DNA of 17,780 bases from Microscillaceae bacterium. Its GTDB lineage: Bacteria; Bacteroidota; Bacteroidia; Cytophagales; Microscillaceae. A program made the position numbers and the translations under genes. This document shows positions 7,700 through 16,928 of this stretch, piece by piece; positions within the stretch are counted from its first letter, which is position 1, and each line of letters begins with the position of its first letter. Below the pieces are notes generated by a model, which made no database searches, was not told where the DNA came from, and saw nothing but the letters and a program-made list of their open reading frames with translations. The stretch is taken from positions 1 through 17,780 of the forward strand of contig JANRIC010000245.1 in assembly GCA_033765345.1 (NCBI GenBank), in the 5' to 3' direction.

Positions 7700-9571
7700 A
7701 TGGATCATATCACCAAAACACTTACAATCATCCATGATTGTATAGAAAAGAGGCAATACCGGGAAGTCGAGACCGAGAGGCTAGAATTCAAAGATTTATC
7801 TACCAGAGATAATTGGAGAGAATTGTATTGTACTGCCTGTGCTTTTTTGAATACAATGGGAGGTATCATCGTATTAGGTATCAAGGACAAGGGCAACGAA
7901 AAAAATAAAGCAGACCGACATTATCGATTTACGGGCTTTAACTATGATTATGAACCTAAACTAAAACAAATCCCCGAGCATTTTACCAATTCTGAAGGTC
8001 AGAATCTAAATTTAAGCACCTATTTTAATTATGAAATTCGAGATTTTCGTGAAGGTAAAATTGCCTTAGTGTATGTAGAAGAATTGCCTGATGATCAAAA
8101 GTATGTGTTTTTTGAAAATCAGGCCTTTCAACGCAGAATCACCGGAGACCATCGCCTAAGCCCACAAGAAATAGAAGTATATGAAGAAATTAAAAAGGAT
8201 ATCATCAAACACCAGGAACTGACTCTCCTCAAGGAGTTTGGCCATGAAGCATTGAACATAGATACCTTAAACCAGTATATCATCAGATATAATCAGGGTA
8301 AGAAAAAAGGCGAAACCCTAAAAACAAGCCTGGAAAACGCTTTATCTTTCTTAACACGTGAAAACTTTGTGCGTGATGGGCATCCTACCCTGCTCGGGAT
8401 GTTAGTCTGCGGGAATGATGTCGAGAAGTACATCCAAGGGAAATGTGAGGCCGATTGTTATGTGATTAGCCCAAATAATGCTCAGATAGCAGAAAGTCAG
8501 GAAGTCATCCTTGGAAATATTGTTGAACTGATTGAAAATTCATTCAATTTCATCTGGAGAAATATCAAAATCGGCATTATCTCCAGCAATAGTGGTACAG
8601 CCAGCCCTGAGTATCCCCAGGAGTTGATCAGAGAAAGCATCAACAATGCTTTTGCACATCGCAACTATGCTTCGGATCGATTTGTAATAGTGGAAATCCG
8701 GACTCAAGAAAGCCTGGTCATTAGAAACCCGGGGATGTTTGAAAAGCGTCAGAGAATTTTCCTAGATACAGAATTTGGCAAAATAAGAAGAATCATCCCG
8801 ATACAAGTAGCCAGAAATCCGAAATTAGCCCATTTGCTAAAAAGTTTTAATTATTGGGAAGGAAGAGGTACCGGTTTGGCTTCTCTGATTGATAATTGTC
8901 TGGATAATGAAATCGATCTGCCTTATTACTTACTCAGTGCCGATGAAATAAAACTGACCATCCCAAAGGGTAAAGTATATGATGATGACATGAAAGCCTG
9001 GCTCAGTAGCTTTGCTGGATACATACAGCAAAAATTCGGTCGCCCATTGAATGAGCCTGAAAAAATTATAATGAGCTTTTTTCGTAAATCGGAATTACTC
9101 AATCGCTTGGAGCGGTACACCATCTTATTGACGATGGGTAACAATCACAGCGAAGTAATTGCTGACCTTGAGGAAAAAGGATTGATCTTTAAGAATACGC
9201 TTAGTGCGGATATTTATCCTGTTTATCAGGTAGATAGAAATTTAGTCAAAGATGATTTTTCTGATCTTTTGAAGGAGCTTTATCAAGAAGTATGGGATGA
9301 ATTAAAAGTCGATTATCAAGAAGTATTAAACGCCATTTACCTGCATAATCATTTTGGAATCAACACTGAAAGCGTAAGTGCCAATAGCATCGGGACTTTT
9401 TTGTACTTGAAGCACCACAAAAAGATCAAAAACATAACAGACTATGAAAATTTTAAAAGAAAAGTTCGGAATATCTTCAATCAACTGGAAAACAAAAACT
9501 TAATCATCCGAAAAGACGGAAAAAGCAAAAAAGACGGCGGTAAGCCTGATTTTAGGGTTAATATACCTTGA
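7700..9571 (+). CDS. Schlafen-like AlbA_2 (divergent AAA) plus HATPase_c_4 domain protein. Proteins of this type are annotated either as 'putative transcriptional regulator' or as 'RecG-like ATP-dependent helicase C-terminal'. This one has an extra C-terminal region of about 200 aa.
   Basis: The N-terminal AlbA_2 signature reads 'ETERLEFKDL..WRELYCTACAFLNTMGGIIVLGIKDKG'. The central HATPase_c_4 signature reads 'IRESINNAFAHRNYASDRFVIVEIRTQESLVIRNPGMF'. At 623 aa it is much longer than the usual 400-480 aa. Charged and aromatic residues are evenly spread across its C-terminal 200 aa. Confidence 0.7.
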   Translation: MDHITKTLTIIHDCIEKRQYREVETERLEFKDLSTRDNWRELYCTACAFLNTMGGIIVLGIKDKGNEKNKADRHYRFTGFNYDYEPKLKQIPEHFTNSEGQNLNLSTYFNYEIRDFREGKIALVYVEELPDDQKYVFFENQAFQRRITGDHRLSPQEIEVYEEIKKDIIKHQELTLLKEFGHEALNIDTLNQYIIRYNQGKKKGETLKTSLENALSFLTRENFVRDGHPTLLGMLVCGNDVEKYIQGKCEADCYVISPNNAQIAESQEVILGNIVELIENSFNFIWRNIKIGIISSNSGTASPEYPQELIRESINNAFAHRNYASDRFVIVEIRTQESLVIRNPGMFEKRQRIFLDTEFGKIRRIIPIQVARNPKLAHLLKSFNYWEGRGTGLASLIDNCLDNEIDLPYYLLSADEIKLTIPKGKVYDDDMKAWLSSFAGYIQQKFGRPLNEPEKIIMSFFRKSELLNRLERYTILLTMGNNHSEVIADLEEKGLIFKNTLSADIYPVYQVDRNLVKDDFSDLLKELYQEVWDELKVDYQEVLNAIYLHNHFGINTESVSANSIGTFLYLKHHKKIKNITDYENFKRKVRNIFNQLENKNLIIRKDGKSKKDGGKPDFRVNIP

Positions 9572-9630
9572 ATAAATAGCGGACAATATAATCCTCCAGA
9601 TGATTGATTATTGGCTAACTACCACCAAAT

Positions 9631-10761
9631 CTAAACCCTTTCCATCAACTTCTTCACCATCTGGTTTTTCCAACCCAAAAAAGTGCCTTGCTCGATCTGT
9701 GCCCTGGCTTCACGCACAAGCCAGAGGTAAAAAGTCAGGTTGTGTACGCTGGCGATTTGTGCGCCGAGGATTTCCTTGCTTTGGATGAGGTGTCGCAGAT
9801 AGGCCTTATTATAATGGGTACTTACATAACCGCCCAAGCCTGGGTCAATGGGGCTATGATCGTTTTCCCACTTTTGGTTTTTGATATTGATAATGCCTTC
9901 AGTGGTGTATAGAATCCCGTGGCGGGCATTCCGTGTTGGTAACACACAGTCAAACATATCAATGCCCAACGCAATGCACTCGAGGATATTTTCAGGAGTA
10001 CCTACGCCCATCAGGTAGCGGGGTTTGTCTGTGGGCAGTACAGCACAGACGAGTTCTGTAAATTCGTACATCATTTCCTTCGGTTCACCTACCGAAAGCC
10101 CCCCAATGGCATTGCCCTCACAGTCGGTGGCCGCAATCGCCTCGGCGGAGGCAAGGCGCAAATCCTTGTAGGTGCTGCCTTGCACGATGGGGAAGAGTGT
10201 TTGAGAATAACCGTAAAGCGGCTCAGTAGTCCTGAAACGTTCCAGACAGCGATGCAGCCAACGGTGAGTCAATTCCATAGATTTTTTGGCGTATTCGTAG
10301 TCGCTGGGGTAGGGGGGACACTCGTCAAAAGCCATCATGATGTCTGCCCCGATGATGCGTTGGGTATCCATCACATTTTCGGGGCTGAACTCGTGCTTGG
10401 ATCCGTCTATATGCGAATGAAACATAACGCTTTTTTCATTGATTTTACGGGTATTGGCCAGCGAATACACCTGATAACCCCCGCTATCGGTGAGTATGGG
10501 GCGATCCCAGCCATTAAATTGGTGCAGTCCACCGAGTAGCTGAAGCGTACCCAAGCCCGGACGAAGATACAGGTGATAGGTATTGCCCAGGATGATCTGC
10601 GCCCGGATGTCATCTTTGAGTTCTCTTTGATGTACGGCTTTGACAGAACCTGCCGTGCCTACGGGCATAAAAATGGGAGTTTGTATCTCTCCGTGGTCGG
10701 TTTGGATGAGTCCTGTGCGGGCTTGCGTAGCCTGATCTTGTGTTTGTAAGGTAAATTTCAT
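9631..10761 (-). CDS. tgt: Queuine tRNA-ribosyltransferase (tRNA-guanine transglycosylase)
   Basis: 376 aa. Conserved Tgt blocks are 'PIFMPVGTAGSVK', the nucleophile region 'ILTDSGGYQV', 'MAFDECPPY' and 'FDCVLPTRNARHG'. The C-terminal 'SVHNLTFY' retains the histidine. The upstream C-x-C-x-x-C Zn motif is replaced by 'LGGYVSTHY'. Confidence 0.9.
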   Translation of the reverse strand: MKFTLQTQDQATQARTGLIQTDHGEIQTPIFMPVGTAGSVKAVHQRELKDDIRAQIILGNTYHLYLRPGLGTLQLLGGLHQFNGWDRPILTDSGGYQVYSLANTRKINEKSVMFHSHIDGSKHEFSPENVMDTQRIIGADIMMAFDECPPYPSDYEYAKKSMELTHRWLHRCLERFRTTEPLYGYSQTLFPIVQGSTYKDLRLASAEAIAATDCEGNAIGGLSVGEPKEMMYEFTELVCAVLPTDKPRYLMGVGTPENILECIALGIDMFDCVLPTRNARHGILYTTEGIINIKNQKWENDHSPIDPGLGGYVSTHYNKAYLRHLIQSKEILGAQIASVHNLTFYLWLVREARAQIEQGTFLGWKNQMVKKLMERV

Positions 10762-10883
10762 AAGCCTCTTTCATGCAAAGATAGATATTCTATGGAAAAT
10801 TAAGATTTTACTTTACTTTGAGAATTAGATTATTTAAATTTACGCCTATACACATTCTTCTTATTTGAAATCTGACACAAATT

Positions 10884-11741
10884 ATGAAACTTATCGGTCT
10901 GAGTCTCTTATTCCTGTGTTTTTGTATGGATCAACTCAAAGCCCAGGAAACTATCCTCGGGAAGGTATACGCCGAAGATTCTACATTAATCACCGACGTA
11001 AAAATCCAAATTGATCAATATCTGCCTTGTGTAAGCAATAGTGAGGGTGAGTTTACCCTTATTCGGAATGATACACAGTTGGTATTCAGACCCAAAAAAA
11101 TACACATCCAAAAACCCGGATATTTATTAAAAACCTGGCTTTATGGGGATAAAACCCTCACCATCATTCTTGAACCCTCGCTCAAATTGGAAGGAAAAGT
11201 AGAAAGCAAAGACAAACTTCCTATCCCGGAGATGCATATTATGGTAGTGGGCTGTAGAGGAATCAGACCAGGAGTCACGGATGCACAGGGGAAATTTATG
11301 ATGGAAGTACCCAAATCATTGCCCATCAATCAAAATACTGTGATGATTGCCTATGATTCTGAAAAATATCGAAGCAAGATTAACTATGAGGTGTTCATCA
11401 GCAAAGATAATTGGATCAATTTTCAGGTAGAATTTGTGCCGAGGCTTGTCAAACGAGTCAAAATTCTGGATGAAGATAACAAATTTATGCCGAATCAAGA
11501 AGTATTCATTGATGGGATTAGATATCTAAGTAATCACATGGGCGAATTACTTCCCAGGCATTTTATCACGGATTTGAGCGGATTTAAGTTTGAAAATTAT
11601 CTGATTACCCGCCTAGAATATGATTTTAACCTATCTGAAATGCGGGTTACGGTGCGATTGCCGAAGGAAGGAGAGGAAATTCGCCAGGTAGAGCTCAAGG
11701 CACTGGAAGATCGCCTGATCAGAAGCCAGGCAAATCATTAA
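10884..11741 (+). CDS. Secreted hypothetical protein with two carboxypeptidase-regulatory-like (CarbopepD_reg) beta-sandwich domains
   Basis: The N-terminal signal peptide is 'MKLIGLSLLFLCFCMDQLKAQ'. The first domain reads 'ILGKVYAEDSTLITDVKIQI..NSEGEFTL'. The second reads 'LEGKVES..HIMVVGCRGIRPGVTDAQGKFMMEV'. Both match the G-x-V-x-D..TD-x-x-G-x-F pattern. Confidence 0.55.
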   Translation: MKLIGLSLLFLCFCMDQLKAQETILGKVYAEDSTLITDVKIQIDQYLPCVSNSEGEFTLIRNDTQLVFRPKKIHIQKPGYLLKTWLYGDKTLTIILEPSLKLEGKVESKDKLPIPEMHIMVVGCRGIRPGVTDAQGKFMMEVPKSLPINQNTVMIAYDSEKYRSKINYEVFISKDNWINFQVEFVPRLVKRVKILDEDNKFMPNQEVFIDGIRYLSNHMGELLPRHFITDLSGFKFENYLITRLEYDFNLSEMRVTVRLPKEGEEIRQVELKALEDRLIRSQANH

Positions 11742-11756
11742 GTTGCGTGTTGAATT

Positions 11757-12464
11757 TTAATGATATTCCTCAATTTTACGCCTGGCTAAATTCAGCACAA
11801 ACTCCGCCTGTTCGGTAAAAGAAATATGGGTAGAATCTAACAAAATGGCATCTTCGGCCTGTACCAAAGGGCTTTCTTTTCGAGTAGTATCAATTTGATC
11901 TCTGTTGCGAAGATTTTCGATGATTTCTTCCAGGCTAAAAACCTCTCCTTTCGCCTGGAGTTCTTCTAATCGCCGTGCTGCTCTGGTTTCCAGGTCGGCA
12001 ATCATAAAAATTTTGAGTTCGGCAAAAGGGAATACCTTTGAGCCAATATCACGTCCGTCCATCACGATTCCCTTGGATTCGCCCAGTTTAAGCTGAAGAA
12101 CCATTACTTTCTGGCGAACTTCAAGCAGCTTACTTACATCACTGACGTAATCAGACACATACATTTTACGGATTTCTTGTTCTACATCTTCACCATTGAG
12201 GCAGGTGATGCTTTTTTGTTGGATGGGATCATATAAAAAAGAAATATCCAATGCTTCCAGCGCACGATGTACCGCTTCGGAATCATCCAATGCAATTTGA
12301 TGACGGATAAAATAAAGTGTGATCGCCCGGTACATGGCACCAGAGTCTACATAATTATATTTCAATTGGCGCGCTACTTCTTTGGCGGTGGTACTTTTAC
12401 CGGCCCCAGCGTAGCCGTCAATGGCTATGATAATTTTTTTCATCAGCAATCTTTGAGCGGACAA
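11757..12464 (-). CDS. cmk: Cytidylate kinase
   Basis: 235 aa. The P-loop is 'IIIAIDGYAGAGKSTTAKEVARQL'. 'YVDSGAMYRA' and 'GIVMDGRDIGSKVFP' are typical Cmk motifs. Confidence 0.9.
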   Translation of the reverse strand: MSAQRLLMKKIIIAIDGYAGAGKSTTAKEVARQLKYNYVDSGAMYRAITLYFIRHQIALDDSEAVHRALEALDISFLYDPIQQKSITCLNGEDVEQEIRKMYVSDYVSDVSKLLEVRQKVMVLQLKLGESKGIVMDGRDIGSKVFPFAELKIFMIADLETRAARRLEELQAKGEVFSLEEIIENLRNRDQIDTTRKESPLVQAEDAILLDSTHISFTEQAEFVLNLARRKIEEYH

Positions 12465-12617
12465 GGTATATTTCCTTTTTTAGGAATTTTTTTATGTGGT
12501 TTTTTCTTTTTGGGCATGTGGTCGTTGCACGAATCCAGACCAACCGTAATCGTAGAAGCGATTAAAAGCACAAAAATCCATTTTTTAAAGAATCTGATTA
12601 GAAGCATGATGCGGTGA

Positions 12618-12764
12618 TTATTTTCTTTTTTTGGTTTTGGGCGGTTTGGTCAGGTCTTGTTTTTTATGATTGTTGGGGATCCACACCTGATTGGCATTGT
12701 AATAACTGCTGCAAGAGCTTAATAAAAAAGTAGCAAGCACAAATACGATCAATAATTTTTTCAT
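12618..12764 (-). CDS. Small hypothetical lipoprotein (48 aa). It is below the size cut-off of the ORF track.
   Basis: The reverse-complement translation is 'MKKLLIVFVLATFLLSSCSSYYNANQVWIPNNHKKQDLTKPPKTKKRK', ending in TAA. It has a textbook signal peptide with the lipobox L-S-S-C. It sits in the otherwise unexplained 400-nt gap between cmk and rnz. Confidence 0.4.
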   Translation of the reverse strand: MKKLLIVFVLATFLLSSCSSYYNANQVWIPNNHKKQDLTKPPKTKKRK

Positions 12765-12869
12765 AATCTATTCAATAACGGTGATTCAGTTTCAAATTAA
12801 AGGATTACTATATTTTTAACGCAAATTTTGTGAATTTAATGAAATGATCTTAAAAAAAAACTGAATAAT

Positions 12870-13790
12870 TTACTCAATTGTTATGGTTTCGCCTTCAACA
12901 CCTAAAAAAGTATTTTCGAAAACCGTTCTAGCTTCTTCCAAAATGGGTTTAAGATCTTTATAGCGAGAGGAGAAGTGTCCGATGACCAGTTTTTTTACTT
13001 GGGCTTCTTTGGCAATAGTTGCTGCTTGAAACGCAGTAGAGTGGAAAGTTTCTTCGGCTTTGTCTAAATCTTCGTGCAAAAAAGTAGATTCGTGATAAAG
13101 CAGGTCTACTTCTTGGATTTGGGGAATAATTTCTCTGGTAAATTTGGTATCAGAGCAATGTGCAAAGGAATAACGGCGAGGAGGAAGGGTATAATCCTCG
13201 AGTTTATAAAGAAGTTCGCCGTTTTCATCTTTTACATCTTTGCCTTCTTTCAGTGCTGCGATAGATTTCCAGGTGGTTCCTTCGGGTAGTTTGTCCATGA
13301 GTACCTTTCTTTTTTTATTTTTTTCTTTGAATAAAAAGCCCATACAGTGGATTCGGTGCGTCATAAGAATCGTTTCTACCTGAATTTGATCATCTTCATA
13401 AAATATTTCGCCTCCTGTTTCGGGCAATGGGAAAAAAGATATTTTATAATTTAATCGGGTTTTAGCCAGCTGCAAGTGCAAGCGAATTACTTCGGCAAGC
13501 TCTCGAGGAGCAAAGATGTTGAGTTCTTGCTGTCTTTTCTGAAGGTGCATCGTTGAGAGCAAACCAGTAAGCCCCAAGTAGTGATCGCCGTGCAGGTGTG
13601 TAATCAAGATTGTTTTTATTTTATTAGGCTTGATTTTATAGCGTTGCATCTGCATTTGCGTACCCTCCCCACAATCTATCAAAAATTTAGTATGGGGGAG
13701 GGTAAGTACCTGAGCTGTTGGGTGTCGGGCATAAGCCGGAGTAGCCGCACTAATTCCTAAAATAGTTAGTTCGTACATATTTATACTCAA
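12870..13790 (-). CDS. rnz: Ribonuclease Z (tRNase Z, metallo-beta-lactamase fold)
   Basis: 306 aa, which is the typical length of short-form RNase Z. It contains 'LTILGISAATP', the MBL His motif 'ILITHLHGDHYLGLTGLL' and a C-terminal 'VIGHFSSRY'. The true start may be the Met at codon 6 ('MYELT'). Confidence 0.85.
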   Translation of the reverse strand: MSINMYELTILGISAATPAYARHPTAQVLTLPHTKFLIDCGEGTQMQMQRYKIKPNKIKTILITHLHGDHYLGLTGLLSTMHLQKRQQELNIFAPRELAEVIRLHLQLAKTRLNYKISFFPLPETGGEIFYEDDQIQVETILMTHRIHCMGFLFKEKNKKRKVLMDKLPEGTTWKSIAALKEGKDVKDENGELLYKLEDYTLPPRRYSFAHCSDTKFTREIIPQIQEVDLLYHESTFLHEDLDKAEETFHSTAFQAATIAKEAQVKKLVIGHFSSRYKDLKPILEEARTVFENTFLGVEGETITIE

Positions 13791-14021
13791 ACCGAATAGG
13801 TTTTTGTAAAGAATAAAACCAAAACCCTTTCAAGGAGTTTCAAAATCAAATTAAGACCTTTCATAGGGCAGGTCTTCTAAAAAAAAGCCAGGATGCTCAA
13901 GGCACAGATTTTAATTCTCAGATGTAATCTTCTCAAAAGGTTGTTTACAAGCCAACAAAAATCAGATGATCCTGTGAAAGACAAAATTGCCGGATATTTG
14001 CATGACCAGATACAAGATATA

Positions 14022-14426
14022 TTATAACTGAGAATCTTCCGATTCTTCGTTTTGTGCTTCTTCCGTCAGATCTTTTTCGAGGCTATTCATAAGCACCAGA
14101 TCTACAGATTCTTCCACTGTATTGAGAATATTCAGCACTTTTTCAAGCTGAGAGATTTTGACCAGTTTCATGACGTGGTCGGTAAGTCCTGTAAGTGCCA
14201 AAGTGCCTTCTTGCTCATTGCAGAGTCGGTTAGCGATCAAAATGGCACTAAGTCCTGAAGAATCCACGTATTTGACTTCACTCAGATCTACAATAAAACT
14301 TTTGGTGCCTTCGGCATTGAGGGTTACAAAAGTTGATTTTAGTTCGGGTGAAACGGTAGCGTCCAGTTTTTCTTCATTCAACTTGAGCAAAGTATACTTT
14401 TCTTGTTTGTCCACAGAATATTTCAT
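14022..14426 (-). CDS. STAS-domain protein (anti-sigma-factor antagonist, SpoIIAA-like)
   Basis: 134 aa. The STAS core reads 'FIVDLSEVKYVDSSGLSAILIANRL', including a conserved Ser. The tail is acidic. No partner kinase or phosphatase gene lies next to it. A candidate Bacteroidetes -7 box 'TATATTTG' is on the minus strand at 14513-14520. Confidence 0.7.
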   Translation of the reverse strand: MKYSVDKQEKYTLLKLNEEKLDATVSPELKSTFVTLNAEGTKSFIVDLSEVKYVDSSGLSAILIANRLCNEQEGTLALTGLTDHVMKLVKISQLEKVLNILNTVEESVDLVLMNSLEKDLTEEAQNEESEDSQL

Positions 14427-14557
14427 CGGGAAATTAATTTAAATTTAATAATCCAGTCACTAATAATTTCTCTGATTCCGGTAGCTGATATATTTTATTA
14501 GAGAAAATTTTGCAAATATAAGGCAAAGCTAAATAATAACTTCTTTTATTTAAAATC

Positions 14558-15499
14558 TTAGAGCAATAAGTGTGCTTTAATCCTTTGTTCCAGAGTTTCT
14601 AAGCGTTGGGAGTTTTCTATGCGTTCAAAAGCTTTTCCGGTGAGTTGCTCATAGAGTGCAATATATTCATGGGAGATGGCTTGAATCCATTCTTCGGACA
14701 TCTGCGGGATTTGTTCTTTGGAATTTCCCTGAAATCCGTTTTCGATAAGCCACTGGCGTACCATTTCTTTGGAGCGGTGGGTTTGTCGCACTCCGGCGGC
14801 TTGTCTTTCAGCATAACCAGCTTTGTCGAAATACCTGGAGGAGTCAGGTGTATGTATTTCATCTATGAGGTATACCTGGCCATCCCAAAGGCCGAACTCA
14901 TATTTGGTATCAATCAAAATCAAGCCATTTTTATCGGCAATTTCACTACCTCTTCGGAATAAGATACGGGTATAGGTTTCTAATTGCTCATAAATTTCAA
15001 GGTTGACGATTCTTTTTTGTAGGATTTCATCCGTATTGATATCCTCATCGTGTTGTCCTTTTTCTGCTTTGGTAGCAGGAGTAATGATGATTTCGGGGAG
15101 GGGATCGTTTTCTTTGAGTCCTTCGGGGAGGATATATCCGTTAAAATTGCGTTTTCCTGTGCGATAAGCTCTCCAGGCACTTCCGGCCAGATAAGCTCGC
15201 ACAACCATTTCTAAGGGGATAGGCTCGCAACGAAGCCCAACGGTAACGTTTGGATCTGGGCTGGCAGTGACCCAGTTGGGTACTTCTGCTTTGGTAGCTT
15301 CCATAAAAAACAAGGAAGTTTGATTAAGCACCTGCCCTTTATAAGGGATTGGCTGAGGTAGTACCACATCAAAAGCCGAAATCCGGTCGGATGCGATGAC
15401 TACCAGGTGTTTTTCAAAGATGTATACATCCCGGACTTTACCTCGGTAGAAATCTACCTGTCCGGGAAATTGAAAATGGGTTTCTGTGATGCTGCTCAT
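14558..15499 (-). CDS. purC: Phosphoribosylaminoimidazole-succinocarboxamide synthase (SAICAR synthetase, long form)
   Basis: 313 aa. It contains 'YRGKVRDVY', 'LVVIASDRISAFD', 'GLILIDTKYEFG' and a C-terminal 'MSEEWIQAIS' region characteristic of long-form PurC. Confidence 0.9.
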   Translation of the reverse strand: MSSITETHFQFPGQVDFYRGKVRDVYIFEKHLVVIASDRISAFDVVLPQPIPYKGQVLNQTSLFFMEATKAEVPNWVTASPDPNVTVGLRCEPIPLEMVVRAYLAGSAWRAYRTGKRNFNGYILPEGLKENDPLPEIIITPATKAEKGQHDEDINTDEILQKRIVNLEIYEQLETYTRILFRRGSEIADKNGLILIDTKYEFGLWDGQVYLIDEIHTPDSSRYFDKAGYAERQAAGVRQTHRSKEMVRQWLIENGFQGNSKEQIPQMSEEWIQAISHEYIALYEQLTGKAFERIENSQRLETLEQRIKAHLLL

Positions 15500-15599
15500 C
15501 CCAAATAATGCTTAGTCGGATAAAGAATATATTTCAACTATTAATTCTGCAAATATATAAAAAATCCTACCATCTTATGAAATTCGAACAGATAAGTCC

Positions 15600-16928
15600 C
15601 TATTTTTCAGAAATGATCTTGTCGGCACTGTATACGACGGTTTTGCTAAGTACCCCAGCTTGGTCAAAATATTTCCATTCGCCATCTTTTTTACCATAGC
15701 GGTAGATACCCAAGACGGATGGTTTGCCATTGGAGTGGAATGCTCGGTAGGTACCTGCTTTGACATCATAACGATAGGAAATTTCCTCTGTTTTTTTGCC
15801 TTCTGTATTATACAGGGTTACCAAGCCGAATATTTTTCCCTTTCGGTATACTTCTTCTTTTTCTAGTTTTTGATTATCGTGATATGTTTTGCGTACTCCT
15901 TCCAGGGCACCGGCTATGTAAGGTTCCTCGATGTGTAGGTTGCCGTTGGGGTGGTATATTTTCCAGGTGCCAAGTGCGATGCCATCTTTGTAGGCTTTGG
16001 TGGCTTTTAGGGTACCATCTTCATAAAATTCCTCAATTTCTTGGTCTTTCTCCTGATTTTCATAGTTTACTTGTTTTTGAATTTGTCCGTTGGCGTGATA
16101 GAATTTTTCTGTACCCACTCGAGATCCGTTTTTAAATACCGTTTCTTGTTGAGGTTTGCCACTGTCATAAAATACCAGATAAGCACCTTCCACTCGATCG
16201 GCTTTGTAGGTAGTTTTGATGATTACTTGTCCGTTGGAAGCATATTGTAGATAAGGACCGTCTTTTAAGCCTTTTAGATTGTTGGCAGAGACTTGCAATT
16301 GATTGCCAGCATTATCAAAATAAGTTTTTTGTGAGCCATTCGGGATTCCGGCAAGGTACTCGATTTCGGATTCGGTGCGGCCGCTTGGGTAGAATTTTTT
16401 GCTGATTCCTTCCAGTTTGCCGTTTTTGTAGTGACTGAGTTCCTGCATTTGTCCGCCTTCGTAGTAAGTTTCTACGATGCCGTTTAATACTCCACGCTCG
16501 AACTGACTTTTTTTGGAAATTTCTCCACTGGGATAAAAAACCGATAAAAATCCCTCTAAGGTATCATTGATATATGTTCCTTCCTGGAATTTGCGCTCAT
16601 CCTCGAGGTAGACTACAAATTTACCGTTTTTACGATCCTGTTTGAAGGTCATTTCAAATCTTTTGATTCCATTGGGATAATAACCAATAAAGACACTGTC
16701 TTTGAGGTCATTGCTAAACCTCCCCACGGTTTCCAGTTTGCCGCCCGGATAAAAGCTTTGATAAGGGCCATTTTTAATGGTTTGTCCACCCTGATTGACT
16801 ACATAATACTCCTCTTTGACTTGATTGGGGATAGTATCAAAATATACCTGAATTTTTTTGGCATCTTGTGCCTGAATAAGCTGAAGAGACAAAAGACAAA
16901 AAGCAAAAAAAGTGAAGAAGAATTTCAT
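15600..16928 (-). CDS. Secreted MORN-repeat-variant protein (YwqK-like repeat family)
   Basis: The signal peptide is 'MKFFFTFFAFCLLSLQLIQAQ'. About 15 tandem repeats of roughly 23 aa follow the pattern G-x-Y-x-x-(F/Y)-Y-x-(N/S)-G-x, for example 'NGPYQSFYPGGKL', 'EGISKKFYPSGR', 'EGVRKTYHDNQKL' and 'DGEWKYFDQAGVL'. Confidence 0.7.
   Translation of the reverse strand: MKFFFTFFAFCLLSLQLIQAQDAKKIQVYFDTIPNQVKEEYYVVNQGGQTIKNGPYQSFYPGGKLETVGRFSNDLKDSVFIGYYPNGIKRFEMTFKQDRKNGKFVVYLEDERKFQEGTYINDTLEGFLSVFYPSGEISKKSQFERGVLNGIVETYYEGGQMQELSHYKNGKLEGISKKFYPSGRTESEIEYLAGIPNGSQKTYFDNAGNQLQVSANNLKGLKDGPYLQYASNGQVIIKTTYKADRVEGAYLVFYDSGKPQQETVFKNGSRVGTEKFYHANGQIQKQVNYENQEKDQEIEEFYEDGTLKATKAYKDGIALGTWKIYHPNGNLHIEEPYIAGALEGVRKTYHDNQKLEKEEVYRKGKIFGLVTLYNTEGKKTEEISYRYDVKAGTYRAFHSNGKPSVLGIYRYGKKDGEWKYFDQAGVLSKTVVYSADKIISEK

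Noticed and set aside
10180-10539. 119-aa plus-strand ORF and 68-aa minus ORF inside tgt, plus similar small ORFs inside rnz, purC, the FGGY kinase and the AlbA_2 gene
   Set aside because: All are embedded in, or antisense to, genes with clear family-level homology. They are typical shadow ORFs.
12267-12617. 116-aa plus-strand ORF
   Set aside because: It is antisense to the well-supported cmk gene and then runs through the cmk promoter region. It has low-complexity composition.
13854-13886. Hairpin 'agacct-ttcatagggc-aggtct' followed by an A8 run, considered as an intrinsic terminator
   Set aside because: On the plus strand the stem is followed by A-run, not U-run. On the minus strand the U-run precedes the stem. 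So it does not have terminator geometry for either flanking gene, and the stem is only 6 bp.
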